In this document: piece by piece, positions 39,701-54,700 of the stretch
Layout of the letters: every line of letters starts with the position of its first letter
Position numbering within the stretch: position 1 is the first letter of the stretch
DNA from: Balanoglossus misakiensis
Lineage: Eukaryota; Animalia; Hemichordata
Assembly (NCBI GenBank): GCA_040954595.2
Contig: CM082585.2
Location: 6,411,808-6,475,807, forward strand
Length of the DNA stretch: 64,000 nt
Reading direction: 5' to 3'
The notes under the pieces: model-generated
Told to the model about the DNA's origin: nothing
Seen by the model: the letters and a program-made list of their open reading frames with translations, nothing else
Database searches by the model: none
Position numbers and translations under genes: made by a program

Positions 39701-42700
39701 ACGTCCGTTGTAGAATCCCAAGGCCAGCCAGAACTCTTTGTTCATTTGTTTCTTACTTTTGAATTGAGATAGTTGTAACTAGTGATGCATGCAGGAAGTT
39801 GTTGACGAAGATAAGAGTATGAAACGTCCTTCTCGGTTTAGTCTCAAACCCTGGTCCTCAAATCAATCGCAAACTCTGTACATTATCGCTGTAATATCAG
39901 TTGTTTAGTTGAGCCGATACTGTTTGTCCGCCGTTTTTCCCAATGGAATATCAATCAAGTCAATTAAATTGCTATTAGATAAAGCCGATAAACCTTTGTC
40001 GACTTCTTGGCCACAGTCAGTGGCGCCTGATTTGATTCTGTGGTCGGACTGTATCTACCAACGTGATCGATTTAGTTGTTTGGATACGAATGGGGGATTG
40101 CTAATATGGCTGTATCATAGCACTAATTACTGTATTTTAGTTTTGAATTCCTTGTGGTGTTCAGTGTCCCGCGATCACATTGATCTCTGGTACTTCTTGT
40201 TCAGTTCTGGAATCGTATATATTCAAGGAGGTGCTGACAGACACAATTTTGCCAATCATTTGGCAAAAGTTTTCTGATTGATGAGTTACATCATACAGTA
40301 GAAACGAAAATCGCTTATGATATTGCTTTGACATGTAGGTTTGCCCTGCAATAAAACACACTTTGTGTTTAATGGAAATCAAGAATTTTTCAGTTAAATA
40401 TTTAGAATAGATAGAGGTCTGACTGAACAGCTGGCAAACCACTTTTAGTATAGATAGACTCAAATCGTAAAGCGAAAAAGCACTGTAAAATAAAGATACT
40501 GCCGGAACTCTAGACACAGTAACCCGCTTAAAATATTTTTAAGAGTGAAAAACAGATTGTAAACATGTCTTGTGTGAAACACTCAAAATGCCATGACCTT
40601 CAGTTGTATTAAAGGAGTAATGGCTTCTTTGAGAAAACTATCTTTGTTTTTCAAGGTCAGTGTTTCTTCTTACAGTTAATATACATATAGGTTGTACAAT
40701 ACACCTGGGTCAAAAAACCAGGTGTACCAAACCAAGATGGTGAATGGGGTTGTTCACCTTGTTTATAGTTTGACGTGTTTGGTTTTGTAAGATTCCAATT
40801 GATAAGATACAATGGAAACTCATAAATGGAAATTTCTGTGATCATACAGTAAAGATTGGGGCTTACTTTTACTTTACGTAAGTCAGTAAATAGTTGTAAT
40901 TTGAGCAATATGTTCAAAAGGTCATGAAACATGGTATTTTATTTAGCCAAGTACCGTGATAGTGGTACAATATGTCTGCTGATAGCTGTGTTTGGGGAGC
41001 TCGTGTATTTTCAGTGAACATACTGTATGTTGTCATTGTAAGGTATGTACTATCTTAAACTCAAAAGTGCCATTGGGAAGTAGTGGTAGGTGGGTCATTT
41101 TGCTAGCCATTGGCACTCTTTATGGTCGTGTAACCGCATGCGTGAAGGCAGCTTCGAACAAAGCAGGCGTGGACGTCTGTCTGCCCACGTTTTTCATCTC
41201 GCTGCAATCCATTTGAATTCCAGATTAGGACTTTTTTTTTCAATGCTGTGTTCCACGTAGGTATATAGCCCGCAGCATTCCCAGTTGTCCGGACAATTGC
41301 TGGCTGAATGCGGAGTTCAAAGTGCAAGTAGGAAAATCCCAAAATCATTGCCATTGTGATGTCGGGTATACCCACTTGAGGGCCAGCTCGTCTGCTCAAC
41401 AAAGAGAAGAAAAAAGCAGCGAGCAATTTCCAAAAGAAAGTCCTCGTAACTTCTCTGAATGATCATTGTACGGCTCATTTCTGAGATACACGGGCTTTGC
41501 AAAGTCTGGGGTTCAGATTTCGTCTCAAGGTTCTTGATAGCCCGGTAAGCTGGGATAAGAACGGTAAACAACACTCAGATTTGTAACATGCAGACAGGAG
41601 CAACGTCGTACAGTATAAAACCCTATAGCAGTTTACTGGAGATTAGAGAGCCAGTTAGATTTCAAATAGTGTGTACAGTACAGTTGAACTGAAAGATGGA
41701 CAAGATGGTTTCAATGTGTAGAAATCTATCTATGGACTGTGTATGTACCAAATGATTTCGGGTTGTGCCATAAACATAGTAAGTCTTTCCTCAAAGTTTT
41801 ACAAGTCAAGTAACCAAGTAGGACAAAACCTGAAAAACTGTTATGTTTACTTTGCTAAGGGTGTAAATCACTCTAGTGTAATGGCTGAAATGCAGCATGT
41901 AATGGGTATCTGGTAGGATCTCTCCCTCTGTGACCTTGCTCAGGTCATCTTCTCTGAGACGGCAATTGGCTTTTAGCGGATTAAAGCACACTTTTGTATA
42001 AATCGCGGGCCTTGGGTAGTCAAGACTTGAAATCTGCATCTACAATTGAATTAGCACAGATTGACGTTTGGATGGCATCTGCAAGGAGACTTGCAATTGA
42101 ACTTTTGAAGATTAGGATTAACTTCGATTTCAATGCATTTCAGAAATAAAAGTTCCTGACATTTGAGTAGGTATACATAAAACGTGAGGTCATCTTCGAA
42201 GTTCATTTTCGTTTAAATTCAAGGGAATGTTTGCAACTTTTGTTTTGTCCTGGCTTTGTGTTTTTTTCATACTCTGATAATCAAAGTGTCATCTTGGGTG
42301 AACTAATACACGTGTCAAAAAATTCCGACTTCGGCCTCTGAAAGACCTCGTATAAATCATGTTAGTTGAATGTTTGGAATGCCACTTTTTGAACCTTGTT
42401 ACCCCCAGAAACAAAAGACCCCCCAAACTATGCATGATTACACTGAGTTTGTACTTGATGATGGGTAAAAAAAAAGAATAATCCTTTAGTTTTGATAGTT
42501 CAAAGTAATTATGAAGGTTTTCCTAGCCTGTTTAGCCAAGTTTTGGTTGATACATGTGAATGTAACTTTCCTGTCAAGTAAAATCTAAGCAACATTATCT
42601 GTGTATGACATTAACCTGCCAATTTCTGTATGTATCAGTTCTATAATAAATTCTTATTCCTATCAGGAATAAACTCATATATATTTGGGTAAATTTGTTG

Positions 42701-45700
42701 AGTTTTGAAATATGCTGCGCGATATAATCTACGTAAGAAGTCTAAATTTTTAGATTCTTGCCAATAAATGTCAGACTGCATTACTGGTAGATACAGCTGT
42801 ATAAAGATACCTTCTGATTCTGTGGGCTATTAAATGGCACTGTCCATTTATTTTCGCAGGGGGGAAGGGTTATCTGGGGAAGTGATTTAGATACACACTA
42901 GCAGCTTAAGTTACGTTGAACAGTTCAATACTTATGCCTGAATATTTACATAGGTTGTCAAGAGACAGCCATAGAGTGACGTGACTCACTTAGCGGTCTG
43001 AACTTTTTCCGAAGAATGAATATTGGGAATTTAAATGATGTCAAAGAGCAGCGATTAGTCTCAAGAATATCCTGGGGTTAGTCTGTAAGCACTGGGGTCC
43101 GGTGATTGGCATTGTCGTCGCCGATTACCGAGTTCCGACCCACCAGTCATGACCCTCCCTGCTTTCCGCCGGTTCGTAGAATGCGGTCGGCCATCCAGCC
43201 GGGTCTAGCTGCGGGCACGGGATATGCTCGCTGCGTCCGGCGTTTTTTTTTTACGATCACAGCAGTCTGACATAGATTCGATTGACAGTGTGGTGTCCAT
43301 CTGTGTGACAACCAAGCCAGTCTTCCGCTGGTGATATATAGATTTAATGGACTCATTAACCACTGAACCTCCTTCAGCATAAAAAAACCATCTCCAAAAA
43401 AAACCCCGACGGGTCGTATTTCAGTCACTTTGCATCGCGCGAAGAAATGAATGATATTGACAGATTACTACAACAAACCTAAATGGATGCAGTGTCCCAC
43501 ACACTGGAAGATCATCCTCATTTAAAAAGTTGACACAAAATTAATCGAGTGTATAGTATAATGACAACTCTTTGTATCACCAACCGATGACTCCATGAAT
43601 ATTTATTTTGTTTCATGCATGGTCAGATTGTTTAAAATGTCAGCATGAGGTGACCGGTATCAAACTCTCAAGAATCGCAGTCTGGTCCCCTTGACCTGAA
43701 AGGTCGTCTAAAATATGTTAGTTGCCGGCTTCCTAACATATCTGTGAAAGAGTGTATCCGATAATGAAAGATGGCTTGTGGTTTGGCTGCCATGGGGCTG
43801 CCTCAGACATGATTAAAGATACAAAAATGAACTTAGAATTGACATTTCACCTAAAAGAGGATATCAGTGTGGTGTTATTGGAAGTATTTTAGTTTTATTT
43901 GGTAAATTTAAAGGCCCAGTAACACGCCTTACTTTATAAAAACTGTCTTGTCATATATGTCAATAAAATGGGTAGCGTGTCATCATAGCAACCAATAGTT
44001 CAGAATATTTTAGTCAACAGACCATTTGATATCTTTTGAACTGAAGCAAAATGGCCCACAGTAAAATCAAAAGTTGGCGACCTTTGCCCTGTTTATGTCA
44101 GACGGTCTTTGAGAAAGTCTTTTGGTATTGTGCAGATTGCTGAGCTGTTGACGTGGATAGGTTCCACCAGTACACTTTTATATGCAGGCCGTTTTATCTG
44201 CATCCAGTTGTTGATAAATGGATGCGGGATTCTGATAGTTGCTTTCACTTCTAAATATTGTTTGAAATTGAAGTTTTTGGTTGTGTTTTTTGTTTTTTGT
44301 CTTTTCTGGTGGGACGAAATCCACCAGATGGGGCGTTGGAGGAAGCTCACTCAAACGGAAAGTACAGGCTGACTCCACATGAATGCAGAGTGCATCGGTG
44401 ACCCCTGGGGGGTACTGGCAAAAAAAACTGGGTCTTGTAGCAATTATATGAACTGGTATTCCGATGATTTACCGACTGTATGATAAGTGCATACTTGCCT
44501 GATTGAACATTGTGCTTATCGCCCTGTGCCCACTATTACTGGCCGCCATCTGGTCGGTGCAAGGACAGTGTCAAGCGCTTTTTCGGAAAACCTGTAAAAC
44601 CAGTCACCCTGCCTCTCCATTTTGGACACTTTAAAGTGTACTAGTTTCGTTGAAGTCCTCTACATCAAAGAGTTGTGTTTTTCCGCAAGTATTTTGGGGT
44701 TCCGGCCGAGTCGTGCTTCAGTGGTGAAATGTAGTAAAGCACATGTAGTTTGGTAACTTTGGATGCAGGCCGCACTTTTACATGTAGACACACCTTTCTA
44801 TTGAAATTGCAAAGAAAACTTTCCAATATTCCATGATTACTTCATTGTTGATTTATTTACTCGGTTGAAAATGTAGCTACTGGGACACTTCAGATATTTA
44901 AACATAATCCTTGTGTGTTGTTGTTTCAAGTACTGTGTGGGTTGACACCAGTTCACACTAGGGACTTAATGTAAAGTCAAAATTTGGCCTTGTTCTCATG
45001 TCTGTACATAAACAACCTCACTACAAGTACAACAAAATACAGTCTGATAGAGAGACAGTGTGCATGATTAAATGCGATAATGATTCATCGCAAAATAAGG
45101 CAGTACACTTGGCACCATCCATTATTTTCATTCCTTTAGCACATGTGTGAATGTCTGGGGTAATTATCACAGTTTGAGCTAATCAACGTTAATTATAGCC
45201 ACCCACTAGTAATTACCCCAACACCACACACTAGAATGAGAAGAAAGCTATTAGGTGTCTTTCCCAAGATGTGATTGCCCCAAAGGTTCCCATCCAGGCA
45301 CTAAAAATTAGATTTGAATAATGCAGAGTGATGGGCCAATTATAGCTCTTTATTTCAACTTCAGTTCTATTGCATCAACTAGATTCCTCGACCATTGGCA
45401 AACCGCTGCCAATGTTCCTAATTTAAGATGTGCCACATTCATTTGATTTGCCATACATTAAAACTCTCTGCCTGCTCAACCCATTGACTCAACCCTTTCA
45501 CCCCAATTCCCTGTACAGAGGTCCAAGTCTACCATAGAAAACAGTGGATTTGGACCGAACCATTGTGGTGAAAGGGTTAACGTATTAAACTTTTTAGAAG
45601 CAGGTGTACCGGCTGTACCTATTAATACGTTCAAAGTATTACCGCAGTACTCGATTAAATCAGGGGTCTGTGACCAAGGTAGTTTACGCCACAAAATAGT

Positions 45701-48700
45701 AACAATTCACAATAGATCTGAACCAACCGTCAAATTACAATATTAAAGTAATGGATTCTGCCCCCAAGAAAACAGATTAATTCTATATTGAGTTGTCCAA
45801 TTTGTTCTGGACGTGAATTCAGAGTTCCTAAAAGTGAGGAAGGCACTTTTTTCTCAAAATAATGTCCACCAACAATAGCCAAGTTTTGTTTACCTTAGAT
45901 TCTAGCTAGGGAGGATGTGAGTACTGATCTGGGGCGTGTAAACCCCTGTCTTTCCGACGCTATACATTTTGAAACACAATGGAGATTTCTACTCTGCTGT
46001 AATTTGTTATTCTGCCTCTTTGCGCCGACGTGGCTAAACAGGCATTTCAAAGAAGTTTGCCATTAAAATCGGCCCTGTTCTGACATGTGTTCAGCTTTGT
46101 CCGATGAAATATAGGTGGAGCGTGTCAGTCCCTCCTCTGAACCCTCCTCCTTAGAGGTGAAATCTCGGCTGAACAGACGCTTGGTGTGTGTGTGAGACAT
46201 ATTGAGTAGTTCAGTCTTTATGTTATCAGGGTTCAGCTGAGTGTTTGTGTCGATTCGACCTGTTCAGACTGAACTAGACACGCAGATTTGTAACAGACTA
46301 ACACACCACTTCATGTGAACCCCACCAAATCCCTATTTGGTGCGATTTGAACCGTCCCGACTGTAGCCGGTCTATGGGAAGCAACCAATGTTTAATAAAA
46401 GATGGGTAACAGTTGCGTCGGCGGTGCAGCATACAAATGAATGGCTATTTTTTTTTTTTTTTTGATGAATCGGAGGCAAAGAAGAGTTAAGTGTCATTAC
46501 AACACAATAGATTGGAGTTTTCACAACACTAAGTGCATGGAAGTGTAACACTGGGTTCTGGTTCTCGTGAATAGCTCCGAATTCCCGGCATTCCGCAGAA
46601 ACGACTCCGCTCTTTTGTCTATCGTTTCGTCTCTCTCTTGCCCCCCTCCCCTCCATCCAAACTCCTTTTTCTCCCCATGGCTTTCAAGACCCATTAAACC
46701 ATCTTGTGTTACCCCCGTCGTCTTTGTATGCGACACAGGCTATAATGGCGGGTCATTCAGTGTTTAGGGCCGTAAGTCGGATGTGAATAGCTCAGCCTAA
46801 ATGAAAATCCGGGACTAAGCGGGTAAACACACTTAGGCTGTGGACAGACAAGGTCACACAGTATGTCTGCTCACAAAATGGACCCCCCCCCCCCAAATAA
46901 CCGTAAAAGTCAGAGTAATCTGTTAAAATCCGAGATCTCATTTGCCACATGCATGTATACAACACTAGGAAAGAGTATTGGCCTTGGTGGGTTGACGGAC
47001 ATTGTCAACGTGTCTGCCTGTCAATATTTGTGTATTTTTGACCTACACCAGTGCAGGAATCTGTGAAACTGTAATGGTGTTCACATCTATGTGTAAAATG
47101 TGACCAGGTCATGAATTTAAAAAAAAAATCATCTCCTTAGGTTAGATTTGATTTGTGTCCATACTACACAGTTGAAGTCAGCTCCAGAATTGTTGGGCCA
47201 TCATACATGTAATTATTGGTCATTTTCTTCTCTATTCTGAAAATTAACAGTGAGAGCTGCAGGCATTTTACACCTCAAATTTTAGGCAGAGCTACTGACC
47301 CTCCCCCTATTCCTACCCTAATCCAGACCAAACTGGTCTAGTTGTGAACCAACATAATGGTATGTTCACATTGGTTATTTGGAACAGACCATTATGAGCA
47401 GATATGAAAACTACTGCAAGACCAATGTTACCTGTGTTGTGCGAACCCCACTTGTGTTTGTCCGACCATGACAGTGCAGAAATCAGTACATGTTTGTCTA
47501 AACATGAAAAAATAACAGTCAACAATATCATGTGAGTCATCCGATGTGTTTGTCATTGTATTACTGAGAGGGTTGGGGTAACTCATAGAGGATGATAAAA
47601 TGTTGGTCTGTCATTGATGAACAGTTGAAGTTGTTTTGTGTAAATATACCGTTAGTAGAAGAATTCTCAAATTGATGGCTACAGCAAAGTTATGAAAAAA
47701 TGGCCGTCTTGGAAAAGTACAGCATGCATTTTGCGTACTCGGGCATCCTGAATTATTTCGCGGTAAATGTCTAGTGGCCAGTTTAATGTTTAAATTTAAC
47801 AACGATGAATTCTGACAATGTCAAGGACATGTCGGTGGAGATAGAAAGGGCTGTTTGGCCGGCATATGTTATGGTCCTTGAAATCTATTGAGGATACCAG
47901 TACCATTGTATCCACTGGGTACATTCCACCAGCCTTACTACAGTGACCCCTCGACCTATTTCAAGTTTTTAGTTCTACAGGGGAACATGAAGGGATTTCC
48001 AGATATAAAAAGTAGTGGTTGTGAATTCTTCAATCGACATTTTTAACTGGCGCGGGTCGTATAATTATCCTTCCTGTGTGCTGTGCGTGAAATAAGACCG
48101 GGTCGCATAACTTCTTGTCTTACGCCGTGAAAACATGTTTAACTCAGTCAACCTTGGGCTTTGTTTATTTCTGTATCTGTTCGCGGCATAGATACATACA
48201 TGTACAATCGTGTGTAGTAATTCTAGGTGGTAATGGTGGTTCTTTGGAAGATCAGTTGACCCGCCGGTTGTGTGGCGAGTATATGTATAGGATGACTAGA
48301 TATTTTTATTTTATAAGAGCATTTATCACTAGACAATCACATATCTAATTATGGTATATATGTCACTGGATATATCATATACACGTGTGGTTATGTTTTA
48401 GATATAGGGTTACAGGGTACTCCAAGTAGAGTTGTGGCGTACATGTAAGATTTCTTAGTTATACTATAAATAGCAAGGTCCAGGGAAAATGATTGGGTAT
48501 GACAGGTGGATTAATCTTGGATTTCAAGATGCTTAAATATCAGAGCTTGTGATTTGGTCACGTGTGTTAATATGAAAAACCAGAGAGAATTTTGGAATAT
48601 GAGAAAGACCGCGCCTCGAAACTGTCTAGAAGTCCAACTGCAGGGGTATTGACTGAAACAATAGGTTGGGATTGGGAATATTCTTTCAAAGAATGAAAGA

Positions 48701-51700
48701 TGCTGATGACATGAACACTACAGGCATGTCCGCCTCATTTAAATGACAACAAAAGTCATTGTTTTTGACCTTAACAAAGAAAGGTGTAGGTGTCATGGAG
48801 AATGACACACATTCCAGAGTGATCGTGCCCACAGGAGATGCGGAATTTTGTTATCTTTAGTCAGTTTAAGTATGCCGCACAGAAAGGAGATGGAATTTGT
48901 ATTTAAAAATAATTTTGAATGAAAATTGCAAACAATATTATGGTTGTATTCTAAATTGTACTTCTCAGTTCAATAGAGAGGTGATTTTTGCAAAGTTTTA
49001 TGCAACATTCAACTTGTCATGTTTTATGTAATCATGGTGCATGGGAGCTACAGTGCCTGTGGCGCTATTTTTTTAAAAGATGAATTATTTGCAAGCATTC
49101 GTCTGTCAAAGCAGGAAATGGAACTGAATCATTCGGGTAGTATGGTAATTCAGGTACTACAATGAACGTAATAAGGGATTCTGCTCAAACTTCCAGCCAT
49201 TCAAACACTTTGTAGTGTTAATGAAGCTATCTAAACAAAGTTATGGTGGTGTACAACACAGCATTGTCAAGGATTGTATTGAGTGGGTAGGCTGTGGCTT
49301 CTGTTCAATGCAGTCTTTAGCGGAGTATCAGCATGGAATTGTCAATTCCAGATGATATTGTGTAACTAGGTCTGTTATATTCCATGAGGGGAGGGGGATG
49401 GGAGGGAGGGATTTATGTCTGGTGAATTCGCAATATTTGAGGTGTGTTTCGTTGTGTAGACATTTCAGAATGTGAATGAGAACCACAGTAGTAGTTCCAA
49501 AAGGTCAAAATGATTGGAATGTAGGAATTAATACACAAGAATTTTGATTGTTTTGGGTATGAGTGTATATGTTGTGCATGCATGCATACATGTGTGTGTG
49601 TGCGGAAAGAAAGAAAATGCTTCCCATCACATATGTGTTAAATGTTACACAGTCACTTCTGTTTAGAGGCACCGTGATGTTACCTATGGAATTCAAAATT
49701 TGCTACTTTCTGATACCATAGACAGTCATTACCGTGTCACAAAATGTACCATTCTAATACCACTATACATAACTTTCAGAGCATAATAAAAGTATATTGA
49801 AATGCCTTTTCGATGTTATGACTGCATATACGAGAAAAATTAGTATTACTCTGACAAAAATTCTTCTTTGAAAAAACAATGACATAATTTTCAGAAACTG
49901 TCAACAGGTTTTTTGAAGTGATGCCAGAAATGTACTCTGTTCCCATTGAAAAATTGATTAAAAATACCTACAGTCAGCGTGTTGGAATTTTGACAGTCAA
50001 ATAGTACGTGCATTCTCTCTCTACAAAATGTGAAAAACAAAAAACAAATCCATTATACAGCATTAAACAGGCTGTGCTGTAATAATTTTGTTTCGTGTGA
50101 ACTTTGACCTGTGTATGTAGTTACAGGCCCGAGGACAATAGCGAGATAATTATCGATGGAATTTTGAAAAACAATTTATGAGCACCTTGTCATTGTTGCG
50201 CACGTAAGACTGTGTGAATATGGACCGGTGTTTATTTGAAATCATGACCGATTGAGGTGTACCGTTGTGGTAAACAGAAAAATCTCCAGGGACCCGCTTG
50301 TTTACTAGCACCGCGGGATTTTTCAGTCGTCATATTGTTGGACGCAGACGAGGGGCAAAAACTGGCGCCGCTGATATTTGTCTGATCGGTGTTTGGGTCT
50401 AGAGAAGATACAACAGTAAAGAGAACATTAGAGAATTAGTCAATCCTTGTAACAATAAGTTGACTTCCTCTCAAGGGTCCCTGTTCTTAGTTGCCACGGT
50501 AGCAAAGTTGTTCAGTTCAGAGGTCGCGCTGTGATGTGGAGGCGTCTATGGCTATTTAATGACAGTCTCTAAGCCGGGATTCACAAAACCTGGCTACTGT
50601 ATTGTACCGAGCCTACATGGGGGTGACCGTCAAAACTTTGGCTCAAATACTGATGTTGTATTGTTGACTCTTGTATATGGGACTTAAATGAAAATAAAAA
50701 ATCCTTAAAATTCCTTCCCATCAGTAGCCCCTGCCAACATGACAACAATGTGGTAAATTTGTGAAAAACATCACTTCAAACTACATGTACTACTACTAGA
50801 TGTAATTCCTTCATGAAATGCTATTCATTCCGAGGAACCATTCCAGATTGCACACTGGAAAAATTTCGTCAGGGAACACGCGATTATCAGTGCAAGAGGC
50901 CATGACAGTAACCGAGTCCAAAGCTGCCTGCATGGTAGCTCTGCATGACAGGGCTGTGTATCTTGTGGCGTGGATGGGAAGCTTCGCCGTAAGACACACA
51001 GCCCTACTAAGCAGAACTACCTGCACGTACGATTCCCTGCAGTAATTAGCACCACAGCAATTTTTATGGCATGATGTATTGGTAATAAAACACCGCAAAT
51101 AGATTCTGTGGCAATAATTTCCTCCACAAGGAGAGTATAATTTCGAGTAAACTGTCCAAAGATACAGGTGTATTAGCCGAAAGTTCGCGATTTACAATTT
51201 GCACAATAACCTTCAGCTATAAATCGTGGTCTGAAGTCGTTGGAAATTTATAAAAGGTGCGATAGCCGACGCTGCATTGACCACAAGTGGCTGATACGAG
51301 AGCGTTCGTATCAAACGCAATCAAAAACTTTATCCAGAGTTGAATGCTGCAGCGGTATACAAACAAAACAGGCTTTACGTTGGATAATGCCACCACGTAC
51401 CAAACTAGGTCAAGCTCTCCACCATCAAAACTCGTTCTGTAACATCTTGATACATATCACCATGGTTACTGAAGAGACAGGTATTGCAACGCAGAAGTCA
51501 ACGTGCGCTGTTTTCTTGTGAGCAAATTTGAAAAAGTCCATCTACACTGCGCGTTCAGTTATCACATTATTTTTAGTCATATAATTACATTTCTGTTGCA
51601 TTGTAAATATTGTAATTGGATTTGCAATCAGTCTAATCCAATATCTTCACAAACAATTTCTTGGCCTAAACTTGCCACACTAATTTAACATGAAGATCAA

Positions 51701-54700
51701 AATGTCAGATTTCAAATTTACTTTTTCTAATCTTCAAACTTTTTTGTACAGTACAGAACTGTTGAAATTCAAGACTATTTTTAGCTATTTGAGCCAGTGT
51801 CATTACCTATAAGTTGCATTATATTTGTGTACAAAAAATAACCTATGAATCTGTATAGTACACACAGCCCACCATGGTTGGTGATCAGATCACGACGATC
51901 AGTTGTTGTTGTCAATCAGGCATCTCTGTGAGGATTCTCAGTGACAAGACATCTGTGGGGTGAAACCGTAAAATGTCGTCACGACGCCTGCACTCGCGTC
52001 ATGGCAACCGCGCTGCACCAGGGGTCCCAGGGCTTCTCGTCTGTATGTGTGTATTCATGTGGCCCCCGAGAGGACACTGCTTGGCAACGCTCTATATATA
52101 GAGGTAACATAGCAACTTCTGTCTATCTGCGCGAGCGCACGCATCTATACATACACCGCACCTTGGGGGGAAACGATCGTCAATATTTGTCGGTCAACTC
52201 TTGGCCTTTTCCTGATGTGAGCGGCACCCACATCTGTCGGCTTGTAGCTTTTTAATTTCCTCACTTTGCATACATTTTCTTTACAAGTCCCCACTTTCTT
52301 GTCGATTTGTCTCATGATTGAAGAGGGAATTGAGGTATCAAGATGAAAAGATCATTTGATTAGGTCCCATTTGATTTATATGTACATGTATATATACCAT
52401 GAGACTTTATGGGATCAGTTGCGTCTGTATGTATGTATGTATGTATGTATGTATGTATGTGTGTATGTATGTATGTATGTATGTATGTATGTATGTATGT
52501 ATGTATGTATGTATGTATGTATGTACTAGTATGTATGTATGTATGTATGTATGTATGTATGTATGTATGTATGTATATGTATGTTTGTCCATCCACATAT
52601 TTAAAAAAAATTATAGTTTTGTTGGGAGTATTTATAGTCAGGTGACATTGGTTGCATTCATTGTATGCAAATTCAGGCATTGCGGTAGTGTGGGGACACC
52701 TCGGGTGGTATTTCAGGTATTCTAGGAAATTGAAAAGAGTATTGGGCGTGTGTATACAGGGAGGAAGTTGGTTCAATAACCAGTGAGGAAGCATATACCG
52801 GCATACCTGGAAAGAAGGAAAGTCATAGGAAGGATGTGATGCGTGTGGAAAAGCTAGCTTATTGGACGGATATTTTAAAAAAATGAAAACAGAGATGGGT
52901 TGCAGAGCATGTGATTATGTATGTATCAAGGTGAAATGTTTATTTTTCAACGCTGTTGCTATGGTGATGTGGAGTGGGCGATTATGGCTTGTGATTCACT
53001 GTCTGTTGTTGTCCCTCAACTTCAACCACAGTTTATTCAATGGAAGGTCCTATACATGAAGAATAAACTATATTGAAAATATTGAAGTCTGTTAATCTGG
53101 GTCAAACAGTCTCCCGACCACATGTGTTTATGTAATGCCGTGATGATAAAACCCTAACTGTGCAGAAAACTGCGGTAACCTCTGACCGTTGACAAGAAAT
53201 ATATGTATCTATTTCAAACATGGTAAGGGTTAAGAATGAGAACTATGCCGGTGTCCGTATATGCAACACTGAAAAGTTATACCAAGTCTGACTAGAATTG
53301 GCAAAGAAGTGCAAAAAATGCAAATATTTACCGACATTGCACATCAAAAATTTGATTCGAGGAGTCTCATTTGTTAGACATATCATAAATTAACATATTC
53401 GAGAAGTAATCGGTGCATTTCAACTGGAAAAAATGCAAATGTTATGATGATAGGAATTTAATGTTTCGTTTGCAGTTCGAGCAGTGGCAGTAACGAGGGC
53501 ATGAAGTTTGTTCCAGAAGTGGTCGTAAATTGTCTGCATACTTCAAAGTCAAGTCCTCTGTGGTTTTCAAATATTTAGGTTAGGAAAGGTTAAATGCTGT
53601 GTTTTTTTGCGATGGAGTAGATCGCGTTTGAGGGAATGATGAGTATTTAAACTGGTATGGTAGATATTCGTGTTTTCAGGAACTAAACCAGTGTCAAAGT
53701 TCATAGGTCAGGAGGCAATGTAGTGTCAGACCTTGAAATCTGATAGAACCTCAGAAAAAACCCAGCTTCTGAATTATTTTGATGTTTTGTCATGTCTGTA
53801 GTTGTAAACATGGCTGCACTTCTAACTGAGATGCAACCATCACTTGAATGGGCTATACTTGGACCTTGTACAGTAGATCTTTAATGTATAAACAGATCAT
53901 ATTGTGGAGTTGTAATTGGTTTGTGGAGTACCGGTATTTATACACACACATCATTCAGCTGCAAATTCTGTGGAAATTGTAATTTAAGAAGAGATTAAAT
54001 GCTGCTTGTGTGGTTGGCAGTTCAGCACATTTTCTGAAATGTCACTAACCTTAATTGCAATCGTAAATGCAATCCTGCCATATCACTAAGCTATTTATGA
54101 GTAGAGGATTATTTGGCTTGTGTGTTTAAGACCTAAAACTTGTTTTGTTCCGAGAAAAACATCCATTGAAACTCTCCGATAGCGATAAGAATCAATTAAT
54201 GCAGTTAACCATTTACTATTTGTGGATTATATCAATTATGGTTACAGGTGATGCAAGCGTGCTACTGTTTTAATTCAGTTAAGTTGTGGTCACACAGCTC
54301 TTTCATTTGCATCATTGAGCTTTGGTGGCTGTGGACCCTCAGGCTTACAGGAGGGTCTGAAATTAATAATACTTAATACTTTAATAGATTCTAATGTTTC
54401 CAATGTGTGGCTGTAGGAACATTTTTACAGCACAATAAAGACGTCCAAGCTGGTATGCAAATAGGTGACATCGTTATAGATACATCTAGGGTAGTGATAC
54501 TAATTACATTTGAAGGGATTTATTTCTGTCCATTCGTCCTTGAATATGATATTGCAAAATATTTGTGATTGGAATGTTTGCATAAAGGTTTTATAGTCTT
54601 TAGAGTGTGTATGATTAGAATATTACTGTCACTGCTGGTTTTGTAAAGAAATACTGTACTCTAGGAAAATTTACATTCTCCCACAGTAAAAATTGGTGTG

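Noticed and set aside
50811-51098. Cys-containing ORFs in glypican intron 2 as a possible extra exon or nested gene
   Set aside because: No recognisable domain or consistent splice frame, and the glypican is complete without them.
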